Below are positions 34,720-43,232 of a stretch of DNA of 64,000 nucleotides, piece after piece (the stretch's first letter is position 1; each line of letters begins with the position of its first letter). The notes beneath the pieces are model-generated. The model did not search any database. It was not told where the DNA came from and saw only the letters and a program-made list of their open reading frames with translations. A program made the position numbers and the translations under genes. Source of the DNA: an uncultured Bacteroides sp. (GTDB lineage: Bacteria; Bacteroidota; Bacteroidia; Bacteroidales; GCA-2748055); the NCBI GenBank assembly GCA_964453785.1, contig CAYVRK010000013.1:25370-89369 (forward strand). The letters are read 5' to 3'.

Positions 34720-37716
34720 CTATTCCTCTCCGTTTCCAAGGTCAAACGGAAAAAGTTGCTCCCCCTCTCTGAACTGAATACCCCGCCGCTGTTCCTCAAA
34801 TTTAAAATCCAGGTTGATGATTTTGTTGTCTGTAAACTGGACTTTGTAGCTCCCCCGTTCCAGTCTGAAATTCTCACCAAAAACATTGTAGATACTAACC
34901 TCGTAGGATGTGGCGCGGGGCAAATCAAGAACGAATGTACCAAAACCACTCGACAGGGTAGAAAATGTCTCCCCGTTTTCACCCACTGCAGTCACCCTGA
35001 TACCCTGTGGTGAAACAGTCCCCTCATTGGAATTTGGATCTCTGTCAATGATAATCCTCCCTTTGATTTTATAACTCTCCACAAGAGGAAGATAGTGAAC
35101 CATATCATTGTTGATCTCGATGGTCTGATGATGTCCGTTCAGGAAATAGAGGTTCTCCAGGTTTGAAAGTGGTATAAGCGACAGGTCATAAACGCCATAA
35201 GGGATTCTCTCGTAAAAAATCTCCCCGCGCGGATCTGTAATCATACTAACCTCAACAAAGCCGCTTCTGCTTTCAACATTCTTATCAGGATCCCTGGAAA
35301 TTTGTACCAAAACGTTTGAAATTGGTTTTTCCTCTTCACTTTTAATCCCATCTCCATCCAGGTCGTTGAAACCTATGATGGTTAGATCACCATAACCCAT
35401 CCTGGGTTGTTGAATGTCAAAAGCTTTCCGGACACCAAGGAAAAGATTCACATCCCTGCTTGTCATCCTACCCACATCCACATCCCTTCTGCTTACCCTG
35501 TAAATATTGAAACTGCCATAAAAATCCCAGGTCTTGTGCACATGGATGTTCCCGGTGAGGTTGAAAAGAATGTTTTCCCTCATGGAAGGCATATAGTAGG
35601 AGTAATTCAAAAATGCACTCACGCGAAGAGTCTCTTTGAAGAAATAACGCTCGTAGTATGGCCGTATATGGAAGGCCTGATTCACCAGGGGAGTATTGTT
35701 TACCACCGAGCTGCGATAAACATCGGTTACATCGCCGGAGGTATAGTATGCATTCAACTTAAAAGCCTGATCATAATAGTTGATCCCGACGGTGTAGGTC
35801 CATTGCCAATCCATATTGGACGTTTCATTCACTTCAATACCCCTGTCATACCTGTAGAACATGGTATTGAAACTGGCGTGAGGAGAGATGCTCCGTCCGT
35901 TTTTTAACCTGAAAGAAACCGAACCCAAAATCCCTGGTTGGTAGTTGTAATAACCAGTTTGATAATCCCCGTTAATCACATACATCTTGCGTATGGTTCC
36001 TGAATATCTGGGTCCACCCTGATACACCACCCTGCCCCTGTGAACTGAGAACAGGATACGTGCGTTTTCATTCATGTTCACATTGGGTGGATAAAGGAAA
36101 TTATAGGGATACTTGGTGGAGGTATAATCACTCCGGTAGTACATGGTCTTAAGCAGGAGTTTTTCAGTGATTTTATAATTGCCTGAAAAATTGATCCTGT
36201 TGATCCCGCTGTTCCTGATATAGGTAAACAGGGTATTGGTATTATCAAAGTTGATCAGGAGCCGGTTTCCCCTGTATCTGTAAATGAACTGGTATGCGAA
36301 TCCCAGAACAGTGGTGTCATGTTCTGTGTAGCTGGAGGCTTTGAAGTTGCTCAGGGATGTGGCCGTCTGCAGATGAAAACTGTGTCTCTGATTTAACTGG
36401 TAGTTGCCTCCCAAATGCCATGTGGCATGACTGTACAACTGTTGGGTTGTGGTTTCAAGAGTGACACCCGTATTAACGCCTACATTGCCCAGGTATCCTC
36501 CATAACCTGCAAATCCTCCAATACTTCCGCCATATGGGTTTTGAATCACGTTGAGCAAAAACATGTTTCTGTCGTTGAGCTGGTGGGTGGCACTGATCCC
36601 TCTTCCGGTTAATGTGTGCAACTGTCCCGTACCCAGCCTGTCCCCGATCATTACCATTGTATTCTGATCCATATACCTGATTGAGTAACGCAGCTGCTGG
36701 TAAAGGTCAATCTCCCTGTTCATATCAGCATCGAAATAAAGGTTATAATAACCAAGTGAATAGTATAGTTCCTGGGTTCCGGGAAACAATACCTGGCCAA
36801 ACACCCTTGCCGACATTTTTTTTCTTTGCTGCGACAGCAGGTTATACACTGTAAGCTCAGCATTGAGCGGTGCATTATAAAAAGGCAGCGAGTTGATGAT
36901 TTCACTTTCCAACGGAGTTGCCCTGATTGAGCCGTACTTGGAAGTATTGGACGTGGAAGCGTGTATGTCCAGGGTCGCGGCCCTCCAATTGTTGTTCAGC
37001 GCTTTCTTTTCGGAATAGGAAAGATCATCCCTACGCTGAATCACCAATTTGATGGAAGTATCGGCATACGCGGGAAGGTCCACATAAAGGAAACTATCCG
37101 CCTGAATTTCACTTCGGAATTCCAACAAATCTCCCAGGTCCAGAGAAAGTTTCACCAGTTCATTGGAATTTCCTGAATTGGACAGAGATACATTTACCTC
37201 TCCATAAGGCTTGAAATCAGATATGTAAATCTGGTTTGTACCCAGCCTCATATCCCATTTTGACTTCCTTTGGATGGATACATATGAATTGGCATAGCTG
37301 TATAAATCCTTACCAAACAACTCAGCACCTATCACATATGAGACCCCACCAACGGTGTTTCCAGGAATGGAAACCCTGACAGGTATCATTTTATATCCAC
37401 CAGGTTCAAGATTCAGGGTATCAATTCCCATTCCAATCATGCGCCATGAATCCGGGCAATCAATTCGCACAATTCCGGAAATGCGATTCCTGCCATTATT
37501 CTTGATTTCCAGAACATTAAAATGTGATCCCGGTTTTTCCAACACCACCTCCGGTCGGAGGAATTGCATCGTAAGGAGGCTGTCCGGCGTGGATACTTGT
37601 GCAAGGGATAGTCCAGGCAGACACAACAAAGGAATCATCAGGCCCCACAGGACCATTCCGGGGACACCTTTCTTGGTGTATTTTCTGCCTTGATCCACCT
37701 TCATCATTCGGTACAA
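34720..37716 (-). CDS. Large secreted/outer-membrane protein: N-terminal Ig-like modules, a central Tyr/Asn/Gly-rich putative beta-barrel, and C-terminal beta-sandwich modules. Candidate usher-like component
   Basis: 998 aa. Signal peptide ...LLCLPGLSLAQV. N-terminal CARDB/NEW3-like segments (FNVLEIKNNGRNRISGIVRIDCP...LEPGGYKMIPVRVSIPGN; EVNVSLSNSGNSNELVKLSL). The central ~450 aa are rich in Y/N/G/T with alternating polarity. The C-terminus reads DLDGDGIKSEEEKPISNVLVQISRD...GVYDLSLIP (SdrD-B/CarboxypepD_reg-like). The start could be an internal Met. Confidence 0.75.
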   Translation of the reverse strand: MYRMMKVDQGRKYTKKGVPGMVLWGLMIPLLCLPGLSLAQVSTPDSLLTMQFLRPEVVLEKPGSHFNVLEIKNNGRNRISGIVRIDCPDSWRMIGMGIDTLNLEPGGYKMIPVRVSIPGNTVGGVSYVIGAELFGKDLYSYANSYVSIQRKSKWDMRLGTNQIYISDFKPYGEVNVSLSNSGNSNELVKLSLDLGDLLEFRSEIQADSFLYVDLPAYADTSIKLVIQRRDDLSYSEKKALNNNWRAATLDIHASTSNTSKYGSIRATPLESEIINSLPFYNAPLNAELTVYNLLSQQRKKMSARVFGQVLFPGTQELYYSLGYYNLYFDADMNREIDLYQQLRYSIRYMDQNTMVMIGDRLGTGQLHTLTGRGISATHQLNDRNMFLLNVIQNPYGGSIGGFAGYGGYLGNVGVNTGVTLETTTQQLYSHATWHLGGNYQLNQRHSFHLQTATSLSNFKASSYTEHDTTVLGFAYQFIYRYRGNRLLINFDNTNTLFTYIRNSGINRINFSGNYKITEKLLLKTMYYRSDYTSTKYPYNFLYPPNVNMNENARILFSVHRGRVVYQGGPRYSGTIRKMYVINGDYQTGYYNYQPGILGSVSFRLKNGRSISPHASFNTMFYRYDRGIEVNETSNMDWQWTYTVGINYYDQAFKLNAYYTSGDVTDVYRSSVVNNTPLVNQAFHIRPYYERYFFKETLRVSAFLNYSYYMPSMRENILFNLTGNIHVHKTWDFYGSFNIYRVSRRDVDVGRMTSRDVNLFLGVRKAFDIQQPRMGYGDLTIIGFNDLDGDGIKSEEEKPISNVLVQISRDPDKNVESRSGFVEVSMITDPRGEIFYERIPYGVYDLSLIPLSNLENLYFLNGHHQTIEINNDMVHYLPLVESYKIKGRIIIDRDPNSNEGTVSPQGIRVTAVGENGETFSTLSSGFGTFVLDLPRATSYEVSIYNVFGENFRLERGSYKVQFTDNKIINLDFKFEEQRRGIQFREGEQLFPFDLGNGEE

Positions 37717-37736
37717 TACTCCTGCTGCGATTCTTA

Positions 37737-38324
37737 TCAGAACCCACCCCCTGTGGGCACCAGTTCAAGCTCTATTTCCACAACGTAATAATCGGGTTGT
37801 TCCCCCAAAAGACTTCCATTTCCTCCTGCAGCCACCGGCATCCCGCATTGGTATGATATGGCCAGCTGGTGGACGCTCCAAACCAGGTCATCAAACACTG
37901 CATCCGGATCAGTATATGAACAAAGCAACTCGAATCCGGGAGGAAGATCAATATATCCAGGGCTTGTAAAGCCCGGGCCAAAACCCTGGAAGCTTTCAGC
38001 CTTGATCCGAATCGTATTCAGATCAAGGCTGTTGGCATCACCGGTAATTTCAGTTGCACCGTTAAAAGCCTGTACGTTCAGGTCGAATCCTGTCAGGTTT
38101 CTGCCTGGCTGGGTTGAATCGGCCAGGGTCACACCCAGAATAGTCCCGTTCTCAATTTCTATACCTTCCGAATACTTTTTTAAGGAATTAAAATTAAACG
38201 GGATGTTTCCTCCATAGATCAAAACAAGCCGGGCATAATTCCACTCCTGCGCCACCGTCCCCTGGGAGAATGCAATCAGGAAAACGACCACCCAGAATTT
38301 TGAGACGACGCGGAAAAAACTCAT
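37737..38324 (-). CDS. Secreted subunit B (195 aa), paralog of the 239-aa protein upstream. Candidate minor fibre subunit
   Basis: The ATG at 38324 gives MSFFRVVSKFWVVVFLIAFSQGTVAQ, a signal peptide with no lipobox. The track start at 38369 would lie inside the hairpin at 38359..38387. Motifs shared with the 239-aa protein are GGNIxFxFNSxxxY, N[ST]LDL, CGxPVxAG and a C-terminal YVxxIxxEL strand. Confidence 0.7.
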   Translation of the reverse strand: MSFFRVVSKFWVVVFLIAFSQGTVAQEWNYARLVLIYGGNIPFNFNSLKKYSEGIEIENGTILGVTLADSTQPGRNLTGFDLNVQAFNGATEITGDANSLDLNTIRIKAESFQGFGPGFTSPGYIDLPPGFELLCSYTDPDAVFDDLVWSVHQLAISYQCGMPVAAGGNGSLLGEQPDYYVVEIELELVPTGGGF

Positions 38325-38358
38325 TACAAATTTGAATGATTTTCGATTTTGTAAAACA

Positions 38359-38387
38359 GGAATAGTCAACCTCAGGCTGACTATTCC
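38359..38387 (-). terminator. Perfect 10-bp-stem hairpin between the two paralogous subunit genes, a candidate partial terminator or RNA-stability element
   Basis: GGAATAGTCA-n9-TGACTATTCC. On the minus strand it is followed by TGTTTTAC. It lies 45 nt downstream of the stop of the 239-aa gene. Confidence 0.55.
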
Positions 38388-38431
38388 ATTTATGTATAGA
38401 CCAGTCGAGCTGGCTCCACTGTTACTTTGAT

Positions 38432-39151
38432 TTACAGTACGTTAACTCCAAGTTCGAAGATTACATTGGTCACATACCTGTCCGGTGCCGGACTTGGATC
38501 CTGGTCAAGCAGGCTCACATCAATCATCGGAAGAGGAGCGGCTCCAGCCTCAACCGGTCCGGTTCCACATCTCCATACAATCTGAAATGAGTTGTCCGTA
38601 CCATCTCCTGCGTTGGCATCTCCGCCTACACCAAAGGTATTGTCATCAATGAGCAAGGTGGGATAGTTTTCAAGACCTGCAACCTCCGTTCCATTGACAG
38701 TTGGTGCGCTCCAGAGTTCAGCTGTCAGTGTGGTCCCCTGTCCAACAGCAGTTTCAAAATCATGTGTCCCGTTGGATGTAAGTGTAAATCCTACATTGGC
38801 AAGATCCAGGGTATTGGTGGGATCATCCGTCCCAATGAATGTCAGCTCTTCCGATCCATAATTTAAATCCCACCTGGTGGAAGCAGCCACCGTAAAATCA
38901 GTCACATAAAAAGGATTGGAAGAAGCGGGGTTGGCAGATCCTGAAGTACCGGCATCCCCGGATAGTCCCAGACGATAATCATCAATTGAATTGAACACAA
39001 ACTCAATGTTGCCGCCATTGGTAATGGTCATTCGAAGCACCTGGTTAAGATTGACCGCCACAGGAATAACCTGCCTGTCTTTAACTGCCTGGGAAAAGCC
39101 TGCCACTCCAATGACAAGCATTCCTGCGATAATTATTACTTTTCTCTTCAT
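38432..39151 (-). CDS. Secreted subunit A (239 aa). Candidate major fibre subunit
   Basis: Signal peptide MKRKVIIIAGMLVIGVAGFSQA with no lipobox Cys and no T9SS CTD. The protein is Thr/Gly/Asn/Asp-rich and predicted all-beta. First gene of the minus-strand operon. Paralogous to the 195-aa protein. Confidence 0.75.
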   Translation of the reverse strand: MKRKVIIIAGMLVIGVAGFSQAVKDRQVIPVAVNLNQVLRMTITNGGNIEFVFNSIDDYRLGLSGDAGTSGSANPASSNPFYVTDFTVAASTRWDLNYGSEELTFIGTDDPTNTLDLANVGFTLTSNGTHDFETAVGQGTTLTAELWSAPTVNGTEVAGLENYPTLLIDDNTFGVGGDANAGDGTDNSFQIVWRCGTGPVEAGAAPLPMIDVSLLDQDPSPAPDRYVTNVIFELGVNVL

Positions 39152-39239
39152 AACTTTTCGATTTAATTTATAAAATGGGTTGATAATAATTTGCTAATCG
39201 TATTGGCCCTTGTAATTTTGAACTAAAATATAATAATAA

Positions 39240-40076
39240 ATGAGGACAATTTTGACCAATAAGCAATTCTTTTCAACAAACCATAAGTTTTTGCTGGTTA
39301 ATCTGCTTTTAACATGGGTGATAATTGGAAATGCCCAGGATTTTGAGGTGGCTCCGGTGCTGGTTTCCTTTGATGCAAATCCAGGAGAAAACCAGAACCA
39401 GACCCTCACCATCAGAAACCATGGGAATGAAAAACAAAAATTTGTACTTAACCTTGTGGACTATGAATTAGACGAAGAGGGAGCCAAAAGATCGGTCCCC
39501 GCTGGCACTACAAACCGGACCCTGGCCGACTGGCTGACCACCAATCCCTCTTTTTTTGAATTGAATCCCAATGAATCCAGGGAAGTTGATTTGATCATGA
39601 CCGTTCCTAAAACCGGATTCAACACCCGATGGGGAATGATTCAGGTCCAGGTGGCGAAAGAGCAGGAAGCTTACCAGGCCGACAAACAACTTTCAACCGG
39701 GGTAATCGTAGTGCCCAGGATCGTTGTCCTTGTAAAACAAAGTCCCAGATCGAACCAAAACTTTCAGGGTTCTGTAAAGGAATTAAAAGAAGTCGAAAGC
39801 AGATTGTCAGGGCTGCGAAGTTTTGAAGCGATTCTGGTCAATACCGGAGATAATATATTAGAAGGCAAGGTATTCCTGGCTCTGGCAAACCTGGAAACAG
39901 CCGAAGAAAAGAAATTCAATCCGGTGGCTGTATCCATCTATCCGGACCATCAACGAAAGGTTGTACTTACATTGCCGGAGAATCCCGAACCCGGACAATA
40001 TGCACTTGCATTCCTGTTGGATTATGGTCATCGTGCACCCATTGAAGGAGCCCAGATTTTACTTCATGTGGAATGA
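39240..40076 (+). CDS. Periplasmic PapD/MSP-like (Ig-fold) protein. Candidate fibre chaperone
   Basis: 278 aa with a signal peptide (LLLTWVIIGNAQD). FEVAPVLVSFDANPGENQNQTLTIRNHGNEKQKFVLNLVDY and FFELNPNESREVDLIMTVP follow the pattern of pilus-chaperone N-domains. There is a second beta-rich domain. Transcribed divergently from subunit A. Confidence 0.6.
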   Translation: MRTILTNKQFFSTNHKFLLVNLLLTWVIIGNAQDFEVAPVLVSFDANPGENQNQTLTIRNHGNEKQKFVLNLVDYELDEEGAKRSVPAGTTNRTLADWLTTNPSFFELNPNESREVDLIMTVPKTGFNTRWGMIQVQVAKEQEAYQADKQLSTGVIVVPRIVVLVKQSPRSNQNFQGSVKELKEVESRLSGLRSFEAILVNTGDNILEGKVFLALANLETAEEKKFNPVAVSIYPDHQRKVVLTLPENPEPGQYALAFLLDYGHRAPIEGAQILLHVE

Positions 40077-41266
40077 TGCCGCGTAGCTATATCACAATCA
40101 CACTCCTTCTAGGTAATGCCATTATTTTTTCTCAGGAGGTCTATACCTCCTTCTGGGATATGAATCATAAACTGGTAAGGGAGACATACACATATGCTCT
40201 ATCCGGAACCGACACCATCAGGCAAGGAGTCTACTCCATATTCTACAGAGACGGAACCCTATGGCAGCAAGGTTCTTATGTAAACGGAAGTATGGATGGT
40301 ACCTGGTACGATTACTATGAAGACGGCAGCATCCGGCAGGAATTACCCTATGTCAACGGTGTGTTGCAGGGCACCCTGTTTTATTACTACCCGGACGGAA
40401 TTGTATACCAGGAAGCCGAATACAAGAATGATCTTCTGGATGGTCAGGTACAGATCTACCACCCAAACGGAAAACTCAATGAGAGGGGGGAATACCATAA
40501 AGGACAGCGGAATGGTGTCCTGGTTTGTTATCACGAAAACGGAAATATGCGTCTAAAAAGGAATTACCTGAATGGCCTGGAAAATGGGCCACAGCAGGTT
40601 TACTTTGAGAACGGGAAAATCCGGGAATTATCCAGCTTGGAAAATGGGAAGTACCAGGGCGAGTTCAGAGGATTCTACAAGGAATACGAGGATGGTACCC
40701 TTCAAAAGATCTGTTACTACCAGGATGGCCGGTTGAACGGCCCCTTCAAGGGTTATTACCCTTCCGGTAATCCCATGAATCACTACACGTTTAAAGACGA
40801 CCTGATCGAAGGCGAGTGGACCATGTTTTTTGACTTGCTGACCAATGACTCAGTACCGGTTATACAGGAAACCGGACAATACCATGAAGGAAAAAAAACC
40901 GGCCTTTGGAGGACCTATTACCCCGATGGCCAGCTCTATACCGAAGGAGCCTATGTGAATGAGAAATTTGAAGGTGACTGGATGATCTATCATCCCAACG
41001 AAGAAATAAAACAGAAGGGGAGTTACAGGGATGGATTGGCCACCGGGGAGTTTTTGATGTATTACGAATCGGGAAAACTAAAGAACAGAGGAATATACCT
41101 CGATAACAAAAAAACAGGAGTCTGGACCACCTATTATGAATCCGGAGGAATCATGACCACGATCCCCTTTCTGGATGGATTACGGCACGGAACAGCCCGG
41201 GCATTTGATGAATCAGGAAACCTTGTGGAAACGCTGAACTATGAAAATGGAGAAGAAATCAAGTAA
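40073..41266 (+). CDS. MORN-repeat-variant (YwqK-like) repeat protein with a signal peptide
   Basis: 397 aa. About 14 repeats of the form YYxDGxxxxEgxYxnGxxxGxw (for example YYEDGSIRQELPYVNGVLQGTLFYYYPDGIVYQEAEYKNDLLDG). The start overlaps the upstream stop (ATGATG/TGA). Confidence 0.85.
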   Translation: MMPRSYITITLLLGNAIIFSQEVYTSFWDMNHKLVRETYTYALSGTDTIRQGVYSIFYRDGTLWQQGSYVNGSMDGTWYDYYEDGSIRQELPYVNGVLQGTLFYYYPDGIVYQEAEYKNDLLDGQVQIYHPNGKLNERGEYHKGQRNGVLVCYHENGNMRLKRNYLNGLENGPQQVYFENGKIRELSSLENGKYQGEFRGFYKEYEDGTLQKICYYQDGRLNGPFKGYYPSGNPMNHYTFKDDLIEGEWTMFFDLLTNDSVPVIQETGQYHEGKKTGLWRTYYPDGQLYTEGAYVNEKFEGDWMIYHPNEEIKQKGSYRDGLATGEFLMYYESGKLKNRGIYLDNKKTGVWTTYYESGGIMTTIPFLDGLRHGTARAFDESGNLVETLNYENGEEIK

Positions 41267-41654
41267 ATGGTTTTTTGTGCTGGCAGGTATTCCGCTGCTG
41301 ATGTTTGCATGTGACAGAAACAACGAACCGTTGGACTACAGCTCCATCGCGGGGATCTATACCTGCAATGAATCCTCTGTCCATGCCGGCCTCAGACAGT
41401 ATCCTGTTGAAATTGAAAAGGTACATGATGCAGAAAACAGATACATCATTGTCAATTTTCATAACAAGGGAGAAAATGAATTTCTGTTCTCGGAGCTGAC
41501 CCGGGATACGCTCAGAATAAACAACCAGGCCATATCTGACATTAGTGTAAATGGAAAAGGAATGGTAGCCAGTGATTTCAGATCTATTCAGCTCAACTAT
41601 GTAACCGACGACGGAACAACCATCCTTGATTACTACGCCACTTTTACACGCTAA
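41241..41654 (+). CDS. Small hypothetical lipoprotein
   Basis: 137 aa. Lipobox LLMFACD. Overlaps the MORN gene end by 26 nt. An ATG at 41247 is an alternative start. Confidence 0.6.
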   Translation: MKMEKKSSKWFFVLAGIPLLMFACDRNNEPLDYSSIAGIYTCNESSVHAGLRQYPVEIEKVHDAENRYIIVNFHNKGENEFLFSELTRDTLRINNQAISDISVNGKGMVASDFRSIQLNYVTDDGTTILDYYATFTR

Positions 41655-42148
41655 ATATCACTGGCAGGTGCAAGCGGATATTTCTTGAAAATCTCAGCGG
41701 CCAGTTCTGGCAATTTTGCCGCCCTTGCCTGGGGGTCATAGTCCAGTTCGCCAACAGCGGCGCAATGCCATACATGCTTCTGGGTATGGTTGTCGTACAT
41801 GTCAACCGCAATGGCACGTTCCATATAATTATGCCTGTAGGGGTAATAATAGTAACCCGTCATCGCCAGACGGTGATACACGGTGATCTGCAAGGATACA
41901 TCAGGATTAATTTCCGAAAATTTCAACCCCTTCTGCTCAATTTCCCTGGCAAAGGCCACCTTGATCCGTTCCAGTTCCATATCGGTAATGGTCTTCTTGT
42001 TACCCTCGGTAAATTCCAGGAAATTGTAGGAGGCGTAACTTTCAAAGGACCCGGATTCATCTATGTCGTTATAGATCCTCACCGGTGCCCCACACCCGGC
42101 AAGCAATCCAAGCGAAAACAGAACGAGAAACATGCGATTCCCTTTCAT
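41651..42148 (-). CDS. DUF4136-like lipoprotein
   Basis: The ATG at 42148 gives MKGNRMFLVLFSLGLLAGCG (lipobox). The track extension to 42268 overlaps the SDR gene. Confidence 0.7.
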   Translation of the reverse strand: MKGNRMFLVLFSLGLLAGCGAPVRIYNDIDESGSFESYASYNFLEFTEGNKKTITDMELERIKVAFAREIEQKGLKFSEINPDVSLQITVYHRLAMTGYYYYPYRHNYMERAIAVDMYDNHTQKHVWHCAAVGELDYDPQARAAKLPELAAEIFKKYPLAPASDI

Positions 42149-42188
42149 GGTTGCAGTGTTTGGTTTGACAAACAGAAAGATGCAAATA

Positions 42189-43133
42189 CTATGCCACTGA
42201 TACGATATTGAAGCTGATTCCTGTGAGTTCTTCTGACAATTTCCACAGCTCCCTGGCAGCAATATCATTTACCCGGCCCGGATTGGGTTTTTCAGGACCA
42301 GGCCATCCCCACAGACTCAAAAATCCGGCGGGGCCAAAAAAGTCCCCCTGCCCTACCCCGGGGGCAGTAGCAGCATAGAGTGAGGGGAGAACGCCCATTT
42401 CGCCCGACTGAGCGATGACTCGATTCACCAGATGAAAAGCACCCGCTTTCCATTTTGAACCGACCTGCAGCATGCTGCTGGTCGTAAGTGAAGTATCGGC
42501 ATAACCCGGATGGGCAGCAAGGGCCAGGATATCTGATTTGCTTTCACCCAATCGTCGAGACAACTCCTTTATGAACAAAAGATTGGCCAGCTTGCTCATT
42601 CCATAAGCTCCCCATTTATGGTACTCTTTCTCCCAGTGTATATCACCAAATCTGATCTTGCCAAAATGGTGTGCCATACTGCTTACACTTACAATCCTGG
42701 CCCCTGGAATATCTTGCATACCGGGCCATAAAAGTGCCGTCAGCGCAAAATGACCCAGGTGGTTCACCCCGAATTGCATTTCAAATCCATCCTCAGTCTT
42801 CATATAGGGTGTTGCCATCTGTCCTGCATTGTTGATCAGCAGATGGGGACCACCCTGGGCTGACAGGAATTCCTCAGCAAAAGAGCGGACGGAAGACAAT
42901 TTGGAAAGGTCCAGGTACCGCAATTCGGGAGTTATTTCAGGTTGTTCGTCCAGGATCTTCTGTCTGGCCATATCACCCTTTTCCATGTTCCGGCAGGACA
43001 TGATCACCCTGGCTCCCTTTCTGGCCAGCGCCAGGGAAGTCTGAAATCCCAGACCGCTGTTGGCTCCTGTAACCACCACGGTTTTCCCCCTCTGGGATGG
43101 AATGTTCTCACTGGTCCATTTCATTGCAGGCAA
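42189..43133 (-). CDS. Short-chain dehydrogenase/reductase (classical SDR, retinol-dehydrogenase-like)
   Basis: 314 aa. Cofactor-binding motif VVVTGANSGLGFQT, NNAG, and the catalytic YGMSKLAN (YxxxK). Confidence 0.9.
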   Translation of the reverse strand: MPAMKWTSENIPSQRGKTVVVTGANSGLGFQTSLALARKGARVIMSCRNMEKGDMARQKILDEQPEITPELRYLDLSKLSSVRSFAEEFLSAQGGPHLLINNAGQMATPYMKTEDGFEMQFGVNHLGHFALTALLWPGMQDIPGARIVSVSSMAHHFGKIRFGDIHWEKEYHKWGAYGMSKLANLLFIKELSRRLGESKSDILALAAHPGYADTSLTTSSMLQVGSKWKAGAFHLVNRVIAQSGEMGVLPSLYAATAPGVGQGDFFGPAGFLSLWGWPGPEKPNPGRVNDIAARELWKLSEELTGISFNIVSVA

Positions 43134-43232
43134 TTCTCTCTACTAAAAAAAACAGATCAGCGCATAGGGTAAATTCCCTTTTGTGCATCCTGATATTAAA
43201 GAGCGTGAAAATACCATTAATAATCATATCAT

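Noticed and set aside
39152-39239. Bacteroidota-type promoter elements (TAnnTTTG-like TAATTTTG at 39213-39220) in the divergent spacer of the fibre locus
   Set aside because: A match to the -7 consensus is present, but the region is so AT-rich that such matches are expected by chance. I do not report it as a feature without transcription-start data.
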